The notes: generated by a model from the letters alone, not told the origin. 24,000 nt of DNA from an uncultured Clostridiaceae bacterium (GCA_963780135.1 CAWAAR010000003.1:3709701-3733700), one strand, 5' to 3'. Shown: positions 13,738 through 22,395, counted from the first letter of the stretch. Numbers and translations are program-made.

Positions 13738-14736
13738 TTAATCTTTATTTTTTTCTTCAGTATCATTTATATGCTTATTGTCTTCTTGATTCTTTTCTTC
13801 AACATCATTTATTTGCTTATTGCCCTCTTTATTCTTTTCTTCATTATCATTTATATGCTTAAAAACATCATCTTCTTTTTCAGAAGGTTTCTTTTTAAAT
13901 ACACTTAATATTTTCTTAAATAATCCACCTATACCTAGAATTACTACTATCCATATTTTTTTAAATATAATTAATATTTTCGCAAATAAACCAGCTTTTA
14001 CAGCAGCCGCTCCTGCACCTCCTGCTATCAATGCTGTTAAACCTAAATCAGAAACTTTATCACCTTTCATGTAATCAGTGTATTTCTTACCTTCTTTGTA
14101 AGAATATTTACTGATTATCTTTTCTAATTGAGGTTTAACTTTGTCCATTTCATCTTTTCCTGCAACTAAAGTAACTTCAGTCACTCCACCACGTCCAAGA
14201 ATTCTTACGTTATAATTTACTAATTTTCCTTTATCATCACTACATAAAGTTGACCAAACCAGGTTATGGGTTTTTTCGTCATAATGTGGTTTTTCATCCC
14301 ACCCAATTACATTTAAGGTAGGTTGTCCTTTTTCCTTTCTCTTCTTATTATCTTCTTCTGTTCCCTCTTTTATATCTTTTAATAATTTGTCAGCATCTAT
14401 TTTTTTCCCTTGGTTATCTTTAACATACCCTATGGAATCAAATTCAAATAAAATATACCAATTCTGATTTTCATCTTTTGAAAAAACTATTCCCTGTTCT
14501 ATTCCAGTAACAGTGTTGTCCATTTTTTTCATTAACTTTTTTGCATCTTCTCCATTAGCAAAAATATAATCCTCTGGTAAATCCAATTTTCCTAAGTTGC
14601 TTCCTACATCTACTGTTTTAGGACCTTCTATCCATTTTACATCCGTTGGCGAAGATTCTCCCGCTGCACATACAGAACCTATATTAAATATGATTGCAGT
14701 TAGAATTAGTAATAAACATGTTAATTTCTTTTTCAT
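13738..14736 (-). CDS. DUF2167-family membrane-anchored protein with a repetitive acidic/lysine-rich C-terminal tail
   Basis: Signal peptide MKKKLTCLLLILTAIIFNIGSVCAAGE. DUF2167-like core: WIEGPKTVDVGSNLGKLDLPEDYIF...NWYILFEFDSIGYVKD...IGWDEKPHYDEKTHNLVWS...NYNVRILGRGGVTEVTLVA. C-terminal TM region: LTALIAGGAGAAAVKAGLFAKILIIFKKIWIVVILGIGGLF. AAGGGGAGA RBS. Confidence 0.75.
   Translation of the reverse strand: MKKKLTCLLLILTAIIFNIGSVCAAGESSPTDVKWIEGPKTVDVGSNLGKLDLPEDYIFANGEDAKKLMKKMDNTVTGIEQGIVFSKDENQNWYILFEFDSIGYVKDNQGKKIDADKLLKDIKEGTEEDNKKRKEKGQPTLNVIGWDEKPHYDEKTHNLVWSTLCSDDKGKLVNYNVRILGRGGVTEVTLVAGKDEMDKVKPQLEKIISKYSYKEGKKYTDYMKGDKVSDLGLTALIAGGAGAAAVKAGLFAKILIIFKKIWIVVILGIGGLFKKILSVFKKKPSEKEDDVFKHINDNEEKNKEGNKQINDVEEKNQEDNKHINDTEEKNKD
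13741..13860 (-). repeat. In-frame 42-bp tandem repeat, about 2.9 copies, encoding K(H/Q)INDxEEKNxExN units
   Basis: Units at 13741-13776 (truncated), 13777-13818 and 13819-13860, e.g. attgtcttcttgattcttttcttcaacatcatttatttgctt versus attgccctctttattcttttcttcattatcatttatatgctt. Confidence 0.8.
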
Positions 14737-15094
14737 AAGTTGTCTCCCCTTACTATTTTGATTTACGAAACCTTTTACACAATAAATACAAAATAAGACT
14801 TAACTTTACAATTTTTGAATTATTTATTGCTAGAAAATTATACCATGGATTTTTCACTAATGCAATATAAAATATTTAATCTTATTCAACTTTACATTAA
14901 AATAAATATATAACAATTTAAAAATGCCTTAAAGATTATTTCATGCTCAAATATGGTGCTTTTAATACTCATGTGCAGTGCATTAATAATAAACCTTCTA
15001 TGTTATTTGATTTTTTTATTATGGAATACAAATATGATAAATTTTTGATATACTTAAAATATGTATAAAATACTATTATTAAAGGAGAAAAACT

Positions 15095-15778
15095 TTGGAG
15101 AAAACAATAAGAGAAAAACTTTTTGAATTGTCAGATGAGGAGTATAAAAAATTTCACAGCAAATTGTGCCCTGGTACTTATAATATTATAGGAGTGAGAT
15201 TGCCTCTATTAAGAAAACTTGCTAAAGAAGTAGCTAAAGATAATTGGCGAAAATACATAAATGCAGCACAAAATGAATATTATGAAGAAATTATGCTTCA
15301 AGGTATAGTGCTTGGCTGTGCAAAAGCTGATGCTAACGAAAGGCTAAGTTACATTACAGATTTTATACCCAAAATTTATAATTGGGCTATTTGTGATAGT
15401 TTTTGTGCTGGGTTAAAATTTACAGAGACAAATAGATCAATGGTTTTAGAGTATCTTAAACCTTACTTATCTTCTGAAAAAGAATTTGAAATGCGTTTTG
15501 CTATTGTAATGCTTCTTGATTTTTATATAAAAGAAGACTATATAGACCAAGTATTGGTTCTATTAGATTCAGCAAAACATGAAGGCTATTATGTTAAAAT
15601 GGCTGTTGCTTGGGCTATTTCTCTTTGTTATATTAAATTCCCTGAAAAAACCATGGAATATCTAAAAAATAATACCTTAGATGATTTTACCTACAACAAA
15701 GCTTTGCAAAAAATCACAGAATCACTAAGAGTAGATAAGGAAACAAAAACTCTCATTAGGAGTATGAAGCGTAAATAA
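15095..15778 (+). CDS. DNA alkylation repair protein (AlkD-like HEAT-repeat family)
   Basis: 227 aa. IREKLFELSDEEYKKFHSKLCPGTYNIIGVRLPLLRKLAKEVAK and WAICDSFC are typical of the PF08713-type family. TTG start at 15095 with AAAGGAG 7 nt upstream. Confidence 0.75.
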   Translation: MEKTIREKLFELSDEEYKKFHSKLCPGTYNIIGVRLPLLRKLAKEVAKDNWRKYINAAQNEYYEEIMLQGIVLGCAKADANERLSYITDFIPKIYNWAICDSFCAGLKFTETNRSMVLEYLKPYLSSEKEFEMRFAIVMLLDFYIKEDYIDQVLVLLDSAKHEGYYVKMAVAWAISLCYIKFPEKTMEYLKNNTLDDFTYNKALQKITESLRVDKETKTLIRSMKRK

Positions 15779-15855
15779 TAATACAAATATAGTATTTTAT
15801 TTAATTACAAAATAGATGTGTTTTACCCATATATTGTACAGTTGATTTTAAATTC

Positions 15856-15912
15856 AAATAACATAACAATCACTGTAAATTGCTTATCTACACTGCTTGT
15901 TATGTTATTTTT
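15856..15912 (+). terminator. Hairpin between convergent genes, possibly a bidirectional terminator
   Basis: A perfect 14-bp stem (aaataacataacaa at 15856-15869 with ttgttatgttattt at 15897-15910) but a large 27-nt loop. T-rich on both sides. Confidence 0.4.
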
Positions 15913-15935
15913 CAAAATATTTAATAATGCAAAAC

Positions 15936-16436
15936 TTAGTTATCAAAAAATTCTTTGTGTGAAATATTTATATTATTATTAGCGCTTATTTTTAAATTAA
16001 AATTACCACCAGCATCTTTTCCAACAATTCTAACCAGATACTTTCCATTTTTAGGTGTAGTAAAATTTATATTTCCTTTATCTTCTGTTTCACTTTTTTT
16101 AGATACAATGTTATAGTCTGAATCTAAAACTACCACATAAAATTTACCTTTATTAATTTTTGTATTGTCATTTATAGTTACTTTATTGCCTTTGTCTGAA
16201 TTGAACTCCATTAAAGACCACTTACCTGTAAATTTACCAAAATCAAAACTTTGACCATCTTTAGTAATTTTTTCATTTTCATGACAATCAATACTTTTTT
16301 CATCTTCATTTCTACTTGATAAATAGCTATCTGAGATAATATAAGAAGAACTATTTTTATACATCTTTATTCCTATTACAGACCCTATTAATATAGCTAT
16401 CAAGCAAAAAATAACTATCTTGTTTCTTTTTTTCAT
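15936..16436 (-). CDS. Hypothetical N-terminally anchored extracytoplasmic protein (beta-rich, no recognisable family)
   Basis: 166 aa. N-terminal anchor KIVIFCLIAILIGSVIGI, then a Lys/Asn/Asp-rich sequence. Weak GGTG RBS. It is the last gene of the minus-strand run after the sensor kinase. Confidence 0.55.
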   Translation of the reverse strand: MKKRNKIVIFCLIAILIGSVIGIKMYKNSSSYIISDSYLSSRNEDEKSIDCHENEKITKDGQSFDFGKFTGKWSLMEFNSDKGNKVTINDNTKINKGKFYVVVLDSDYNIVSKKSETEDKGNINFTTPKNGKYLVRIVGKDAGGNFNLKISANNNINISHKEFFDN

Positions 16437-16564
16437 TGTATTATCACACCATTTCTACGTATTATTAGCTTATAAGTAAATGATATACTTCTTAAAATAT
16501 AAAATCAAGTAACTTTTTGTATTTTCAATTACTTAATCTATATATCCATAGCTTATAATTTTTT

Positions 16565-17986
16565 TCATACTGTTTCTATTTCCACTATCACCTTGGCTCC
16601 ACCTTTTTCATTATTTTTAACTTCAATACTTCCATTAAATTTATCTACTAAAGTTTTAACTATGTAAAGACCAAGTCCTGAGTGACCTTTTTCCTTTGAT
16701 CTTGATTCATCACCTTGATAAAATTTCTTAAAAATACTCCGAGTATCCTTGCTTGAAAATCCGCAACCTGTATCTGAAATGGAAAAAATCATTTTTTCTT
16801 CAGTTAAAGTTAAATTTAAATCTATACTTCCTCCTTCTGGAGTAAATCTTATACTATTAGAAATTAAATTATCTAGTATTTGAGAAAGTACATAACAATC
16901 CATATTTATTAGACTACTGCTTCTTTCGTCCCGAATTATACACTGAAAATTTATTTTTTTATTTTCTGTGAGTATATTATAATCAAAAGTTTTATCATTT
17001 ATAAATTCAATTATATTGCACTTTTTAAATTTAAGAGTAAAATCTGATTTTTCAATTTTAGTCAAAATATTCATTTTTTCTATTAGTTTAGTCATTCTAT
17101 CTGCATTCTTATTAATTAAACCTAAATATCTGTAAACTTTATCTTCTTCCAATCTTTTACTATCTATAAGACCTTCAACATGACCTTTAATTATAGTAAT
17201 TGGTGTTTTTAAATCATGAGCAATTGCAGATACCATTTCTTTTCTTTCTTGTTCCATTTGCCACTGCTGATTTAAAGATTTTTTAAGCTCAGATCTCATT
17301 TCCTCAAAGGATTTACAAAGCTTTCCTAATTCATCTTTACTATTGTAATTTATAGTAAAATCTAAATCTTTATTTTTTATTTTTTCAGCACCATCCATAA
17401 GCTGCTTTAAGGGTATTTTTAATTTTTTATTAAGTCTAGATGCAAAAATAGCAGTAAAAATTATAATATATATAAATGGAGATAAAATCATTATATTTTC
17501 TGAATACTTAACTATCCAATTATATTTAGGGTTAGAAGCACTACTTCTTAAATAATACTTAAAAATAACCATTCCTTGTACTTTACTTTTATATATAATA
17601 GGTACATATTTTATCATCTTTGGCGAGCTGCTTTTATCAATTTCAGCTTCTTTTCTTAATTTAACTGGATTAGGTACAATGTTTTCTTTAAAATATCCAT
17701 ATAATAATTCTCCTTTTGAATCTACTACTTCATATTCTATTCCTTGAAGAGATATTTTACTTTCCAAATTCTTTTTGAAATCCTTATTTAAAACTTTTTC
17801 TTTGTTTTCATTTATATATTTTTCAGCCTCTGGAACAAGGGCTTCATAATAGTTTGATTGTAATATTATACCTTTTTCTGTTAGCTTTAAATCTATGTAA
17901 ATTCCTACAAAAGTAAATACTATGCTCAAAATTAATACTGACAATATAGAAATAATAAATTGTTTTTTCAAAGTAATATTTTTCAT
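16565..17986 (-). CDS. Sensor histidine kinase (two TM with a ~125-aa extracytoplasmic loop, HAMP, HisKA, HATPase_c), OmpR-partner type
   Basis: TM1 FIISILSVLILSIVFTFVGIYI and TM2 IMILSPFIYIIIFTAIFASRL. H-box MVSAIAHDLKTPITIIKGH. HATPase: LISNSIRFTPEGG, SDTGCGF, HSGLGLYIVKTLVDKFNG. AAGGTAGG RBS. Confidence 0.9.
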   Translation of the reverse strand: MKNITLKKQFIISILSVLILSIVFTFVGIYIDLKLTEKGIILQSNYYEALVPEAEKYINENKEKVLNKDFKKNLESKISLQGIEYEVVDSKGELLYGYFKENIVPNPVKLRKEAEIDKSSSPKMIKYVPIIYKSKVQGMVIFKYYLRSSASNPKYNWIVKYSENIMILSPFIYIIIFTAIFASRLNKKLKIPLKQLMDGAEKIKNKDLDFTINYNSKDELGKLCKSFEEMRSELKKSLNQQWQMEQERKEMVSAIAHDLKTPITIIKGHVEGLIDSKRLEEDKVYRYLGLINKNADRMTKLIEKMNILTKIEKSDFTLKFKKCNIIEFINDKTFDYNILTENKKINFQCIIRDERSSSLINMDCYVLSQILDNLISNSIRFTPEGGSIDLNLTLTEEKMIFSISDTGCGFSSKDTRSIFKKFYQGDESRSKEKGHSGLGLYIVKTLVDKFNGSIEVKNNEKGGAKVIVEIETV

Positions 17987-18010
17987 TTACATCCTACCTT
18001 TTTATTTTTA

Positions 18011-18047
18011 TATACAAAACAAGCAAATTATATTACAATCTGCTTGT
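18011..18047 (-). terminator. Weak hairpin/terminator after the esterase-family gene
   Basis: A 7-bp stem (acaagca at 18019-18025 with tgcttgt at 18041-18047) and a 15-nt loop. The minus strand then reads TTTGTATAT. The call is marginal. Confidence 0.3.
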
Positions 18048-18058
18048 CTCATAAACAT

Positions 18059-19384
18059 CTAGTTTGGTTCAGAACTATTTGTCTTATCTACATATATTAA
18101 TCCATCATAACATTGATCCAAAATATCAATTTTATAACTTCTATTATCTCCAAGAAAATCAGCACCAAAATCACGACAGCTCTGAGGACTAGATATAAAA
18201 TCCTTAACATATTTATTTTCCCCTGCTGTTTTAAAATCTATAAAAAATAAAGGATTAACTTTAGATAAAACATATGGAACTGATCCTTCTTTTGCTTCGG
18301 GCAAAGTGCATTTCTTAGGAATGCTTGTTTCTTTCTCTTTATTTATGCTTTTATCCACTGCTGTAACAGTACCCTCACTAAACTGAAATCCAATAATATA
18401 TAATTTGTCCTTATACATATCATATAGATTTGAACCCATTCTTTTTACATTATAATCAGGATGGTCTCTATTTTCTAGTTCTTTGCTAACATGTGTATTG
18501 TGCGCCCAAAGCATAATCTTTGCATCCTTACCCTCAAAATCTAATATCCATTTAACATTTTCAGCCATATATTTATCTCTTTTCGTTTCCATTTGAAAGT
18601 TACTTTGCTTTCCACTTAACATATCATAAGCTTGATATATAATGTTTAAATTTTGTTTATACATCTCATATTCTTCTTTAGAAGACTTACTTATATATTC
18701 ATCTTTATTCTTTTCAAATATAGTGATTATTTCTTTAATTTTATCTCCTTTAAGCTGTGTATTATTATCTTGAAACACGTTTGGATTCCTAAACTTTGCA
18801 AGTACATTATCTATTTGACTCTCATAAGTTCCATCCACCTTTTTTAGATATTCTGTAACCTTTGATGCTGCTGTAACAGATGACTGCATATCAAATCCAT
18901 AAAACTTAACTTTTTTAGTATGATTTTTATTATATTCTCTCATCCATTCTACCATATCAACTACTTCCTTTGTATCCCATGTCCAAAATCCCATTCCTTT
19001 AATAACCTGCTTTACATCCCCCTTTCCATATAAAATGTAATCATTAATAGCCATGCAGTCACTCATACATGCTTCTATTCCAAAAACATTATAGCCCTCC
19101 TCTTCTACTAAAAATTCAAACATTCTATGTTTCATTTCAAAAAATTCCTTTGTTCCGTGAGTAGCTTCCCCCATTGCTACAATCTTCTTATCTTTTAATA
19201 TTTTTTTTAAAGGCATTAAATCTTTAAAATCATTTCCTGCCTTTACTGTGTTTATGTATACTGCTTTACCTTTCAAAGCTTGGACATCCTTGTTATCTTT
19301 GTATTTTCTATACTGATTATTCATTGTAAAAACTCCTAAAATCAAAACCAAAGCACAAACTAATATAGTTACTATTTTCTTCAT
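18059..19384 (-). CDS. Erythromycin esterase (Ere/Bcr136) family protein with an N-terminal signal anchor
   Basis: 441 aa. Family blocks: IVAMGEATHGTKEFFEMKHRMFEFLVEEEGYNVFGIE, VEWMREYN, KFYGFDMQ, MLWAHNTHV. N-terminal hydrophobic segment IVTILVCALVLILGVFTM. GGGAG RBS 8 nt before the ATG. Confidence 0.8.
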   Translation of the reverse strand: MKKIVTILVCALVLILGVFTMNNQYRKYKDNKDVQALKGKAVYINTVKAGNDFKDLMPLKKILKDKKIVAMGEATHGTKEFFEMKHRMFEFLVEEEGYNVFGIEACMSDCMAINDYILYGKGDVKQVIKGMGFWTWDTKEVVDMVEWMREYNKNHTKKVKFYGFDMQSSVTAASKVTEYLKKVDGTYESQIDNVLAKFRNPNVFQDNNTQLKGDKIKEIITIFEKNKDEYISKSSKEEYEMYKQNLNIIYQAYDMLSGKQSNFQMETKRDKYMAENVKWILDFEGKDAKIMLWAHNTHVSKELENRDHPDYNVKRMGSNLYDMYKDKLYIIGFQFSEGTVTAVDKSINKEKETSIPKKCTLPEAKEGSVPYVLSKVNPLFFIDFKTAGENKYVKDFISSPQSCRDFGADFLGDNRSYKIDILDQCYDGLIYVDKTNSSEPN

Positions 19385-19457
19385 TTAAAGCACTCCCTCA
19401 TATAAATTAATAATTCAAATTTGTTAATTTCAAAATTAATCACAAAATAAGCATAAT

Positions 19458-19741
19458 GCGAAGCATTTTTTTTGAGAGGACAGAGGACAGTGAAGGAGGA
19501 TTTTTCTCCGCTACACTACGAAAAATCTTTAATTTAAAAGAAACTCCTGCTCTTTTGTTTCTCAGGGCTACTCTCTGAGTAAGCGATTATATGAAAATCA
19601 TAGATTTTAGATGCCTTCTTAAGCTATGTTTTGCATTAGCAAAACAAGCCTAAAAAATAAATTAGTTTTCCGACGTAAGGAAGAAAACTTACCTTCACTG
19701 TCCTCTGTCCTATGTCAATTGTCCTCTAAAAAATGCTTCGC
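19458..19741. mobile_element. MITE-like non-coding element (~284 bp) bounded by long imperfect terminal inverted repeats
   Basis: The left end is gcgaagcattttttttgagaggacagaggacagtgaagg. The reverse complement of the right end is gcgaagcattttttagaggacaattgacataggacagaggacagtgaagg. The first 14 nt and the 15-nt agaggacagtgaagg block are identical, separated by one indel. Weaker complementarity continues to about 75 nt per arm. There is no credible ORF inside. A solo arm copy lies at 12063-12115. Confidence 0.6.
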
Positions 19742-19760
19742 AATTTTTTTAAATTCACTA

Positions 19761-20534
19761 TCAATAAGGATAATCTTTTTTCATCCACACACCCATACTT
19801 ATAGCAAGTCCAGCTATTATTCCTAATACAATGGTAATGTGATTACTTAATGGTGCCATGTGTCCTAAAGTATAAAAACAATATTTAGCAGTTCTCCATA
19901 AAAAGTCGAATGCTTTCATAAAGTAGACTAAAATTACAATAGATCCAATTACAGAAAAGATTGAAATTATAGGATTAGGTATTATAACCGAAATAACAGA
20001 TGCTATAGAAAGAATAAATAATGCTACTAAAAACTGTACCATGTAAAACCTTATAATATATAATAAAGCTCCTAAAGAATTAAAGCTTTGCTGTATATTA
20101 TAAAATTTAACAGTTGACACCTTGGGCATAAACAAATATCCAAAAACAGTACTAACTACAAATGTTGTAAATAGTAATATAAGTGTAGTTAAAGCTAAGC
20201 TTATCCATTTTGATATTATAAATTCATACTTTTTATAAGGTCTTGTCATATACATTCTAAAAGCCCCTATGGTTTGTTCATAACTTATTGAATCGATAAA
20301 TATAACAGGTAACACTATGTATAGCAACATTAAATCTACTTCCTGACACACAAAAGGTGAAAAATTTAATGAATTTAGCTTTACGCTATAATCCACTGCA
20401 TTATAAGATCCTGCTGGGCTCATTAATCTAAATACACAATTTATTATTGTAGATATTATAGTTAATGCTAGTAATACACTTGTTTTTTTGTTAAGCCATA
20501 TTCTTTGTAATTCAGATATTATCAGTTTTTTCAT
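19761..20534 (-). CDS. ABC-2 type transporter permease (second permease, lantibiotic-immunity E/G-like)
   Basis: About 6 predicted TM stretches. The N-terminus MKKLIISELQRIWLNKKTSVLL is paralogous to the upstream permease. The ORF track starts at 20618, inside the upstream gene. GGGAGGAA lies 6 nt before ATG 20534, which gives a 13-nt intergenic gap, so 20534 is preferred. Confidence 0.8.
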   Translation of the reverse strand: MKKLIISELQRIWLNKKTSVLLALTIISTIINCVFRLMSPAGSYNAVDYSVKLNSLNFSPFVCQEVDLMLLYIVLPVIFIDSISYEQTIGAFRMYMTRPYKKYEFIISKWISLALTTLILLFTTFVVSTVFGYLFMPKVSTVKFYNIQQSFNSLGALLYIIRFYMVQFLVALFILSIASVISVIIPNPIISIFSVIGSIVILVYFMKAFDFLWRTAKYCFYTLGHMAPLSNHITIVLGIIAGLAISMGVWMKKDYPY

Positions 20535-20547
20535 GTTAATTCCTCCC

Positions 20548-21360
20548 TTATATATAACAGTCTTGATCATTAAGTAAAGTAAATGCAATTGAAAAAAATA
20601 CTCCAATATATAAAGCAATTATAAATATTATTAATCCTACATCTTGTGGATTTTGTGCAAGCACGCTTAATATACCATGATCTTCAATTGATACTAAAGA
20701 TGGATAATCTATTATTGGACTCATTTTATTTAAGAATAATTCACATATTGTTGGATAAAGTACTGATGTCACTATAAAAGTTAAACTTCCTGCAACTGCA
20801 CCTGTAGTAGTCTTACAATTTATACATATAAACATGATAACTGATGCCACAGCAGTTAATGTTATAAATGCAATAATATAATACTTAAGGTTATATAAAA
20901 TACCTTCACTTACTGTAAAAGAATATCTGTAACTTATAAAATTAGATGTTTTATGTGGGAAATACAAACATCCTAAAACAGTACTTATAACAAAATGAGT
21001 ACTTAAAAATATGAATACGGTACTTAAAATTACCAAAAACTTTGCTTTCATTATGTCTCCAAAGGATACTGCCCTTATCATAATCATTCTTAATTGTCCA
21101 CTTCTATATTCACTAGTTAAGGACATGATTATTAGAAGTATAACCACAATATTAAAAAACATCAAAAGATTTATCCTAAGTACTGCACTTGGGAATTTTA
21201 AAAATGTAATATATTCAGCATTACCAGATGTAAATTTAAGATTTGATTTAAGATAATATTTAACAAACATAAATACTATAATTGGTATTAAACCAAAACA
21301 AGACCAGGTAGACTTTCTATTCCACATTCTCTGCCATTCACTTAAAAATAGTTGTTTCAT
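20548..21360 (-). CDS. ABC-2 type transporter permease (first permease, lantibiotic-immunity E/G-like)
   Basis: 270 aa and polytopic. N-terminus MKQLFLSEWQRMWNRKSTW. AAGGGAGGAA RBS. It starts 25 nt after the ATPase stop. Confidence 0.8.
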   Translation of the reverse strand: MKQLFLSEWQRMWNRKSTWSCFGLIPIIVFMFVKYYLKSNLKFTSGNAEYITFLKFPSAVLRINLLMFFNIVVILLIIMSLTSEYRSGQLRMIMIRAVSFGDIMKAKFLVILSTVFIFLSTHFVISTVLGCLYFPHKTSNFISYRYSFTVSEGILYNLKYYIIAFITLTAVASVIMFICINCKTTTGAVAGSLTFIVTSVLYPTICELFLNKMSPIIDYPSLVSIEDHGILSVLAQNPQDVGLIIFIIALYIGVFFSIAFTLLNDQDCYI

Positions 21361-21385
21361 TTATTATTCCTCCCTTTAATTGTCA

Positions 21386-22123
21386 CTAATCTTCAAATAA
21401 CCTGATAAATGCATCCTCTAACCTTCCGCTTTCCCCTGAGCTTTTTAACAATTCTTCCTTGCTCCCCTGCCATATAACCTGTCCCTTATTTATTGCAATA
21501 AACCTATTACACATCTGCTGAAGTTCATCTAAAAGATGACTTGATATAAAAAACGTTATTTTTTTTTCTTCTCTAAGTTTTAAAATAAGTTGTCTTAAAT
21601 CCCTCATTCCCATAGGATCAAGTCCATTAGCTGGCTCATCTAAGATAACTATTTCAGGATTATTTAAAAGTGCTTGAGCAATACCTAATCTTTGTTTCAT
21701 CCCTAGAGAATAAGTTTTAACTTTGTCATCTCCTCTATCTTCTAGATCAACTATTTTTAGTACCTCTTCAACTTTTTCTCTTTGCTCTTCCTTTACCATG
21801 TTAGGATTTAGCATTGCTAAGTTTCTTAAATTTTGTCTACCTGTCATATAGGGGAAAAATATTGGTTCTTCAACAATTGCTCCAAGCTTAATAAGTGCAG
21901 CCTTTCTATCTTCATTAACATTTACTCCTGTTATATTTACTTCACCTTCTGTAGGTGAAATTAAATTTGTTAAAACCCTTATTAATGTGGTTTTTCCTGC
22001 ACCATTAGGTCCTATAAAGCCGCATATATCTCCTTCATAAACATCAAAAGAAATATCTTCTAATATAGTTCTCTTTCCTATTTTTTTAGTAATATTTTTA
22101 ACTTCAATTTTTTTGTTTAACAT
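21386..22123 (-). CDS. ABC transporter ATP-binding protein (BcrA / lantibiotic-immunity F-like)
   Basis: Walker A GPNGAGKTT, Q-loop context, signature YSLGMKQRLGIAQAL, Walker B IVILDEPANGLD, H-loop SSHLL. GGAGG RBS before ATG 22123. Confidence 0.9.
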   Translation of the reverse strand: MLNKKIEVKNITKKIGKRTILEDISFDVYEGDICGFIGPNGAGKTTLIRVLTNLISPTEGEVNITGVNVNEDRKAALIKLGAIVEEPIFFPYMTGRQNLRNLAMLNPNMVKEEQREKVEEVLKIVDLEDRGDDKVKTYSLGMKQRLGIAQALLNNPEIVILDEPANGLDPMGMRDLRQLILKLREEKKITFFISSHLLDELQQMCNRFIAINKGQVIWQGSKEELLKSSGESGRLEDAFIRLFED

Positions 22124-22341
22124 CTTAAATGCCTCCTAAATTTTTAATCATTGTTGGAACTTTATGTTTTTCATTACTCTTTATTAATGGAAATCTTTAC
22201 TGCTCCTTAATTTTAATAGGTATTTTTAAAGTTTTTATAAACTTTTCAAAAAATAAAAAGCTTGCATCTTTAAATTAAAAGATACAAACTTAACCATTTA
22301 ACATTCATATTCTAAATTTTTGCAACAACTTCTGCTGACTT

Positions 22342-22373
22342 GTTTACACTTTTTACTTTGTTACTGTTTTTAC
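22342..22373 (-). promoter_or_regulatory. Direct repeat pair between the response-regulator gene and the ABC operon: candidate regulator box
   Basis: The minus strand reads GTAAAAACAGTAAC-AAA-GTAAAAAGTGTAAAC, two ~14-nt units with a 17-nt period. The pair lies 23 nt after the RR stop and about 220 nt upstream of the ATPase ATG. No experimental consensus is available to me. Confidence 0.25.
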
Positions 22374-22395
22374 ACATATATAACAATTTAAGTGG

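Noticed and set aside
13678-14074. Two plus-strand ORFs (13678-13908 and 13820-14074) with repetitive Phe/Ile-rich products
   Set aside because: They are the antisense reading of the DUF2167 gene and its 42-bp tandem repeats. Their repetitiveness is inherited from the opposite strand.
19626-19826. 66-aa plus-strand ORF crossing the MITE-like element into the permease gene
   Set aside because: It starts in the middle of the inverted-repeat element, runs antisense into a real gene, and has no RBS and no recognisable sequence.
20535-20618. 28-codon N-terminal extension of the second permease ORF, overlapping the first permease by 71 nt
   Set aside because: A strong GGGAGGAA RBS precedes the internal ATG at 20534, and the protein from there (MKKLIISELQRIW...) aligns with the paralogous upstream permease N-terminus (MKQLFLSEWQRMW...).
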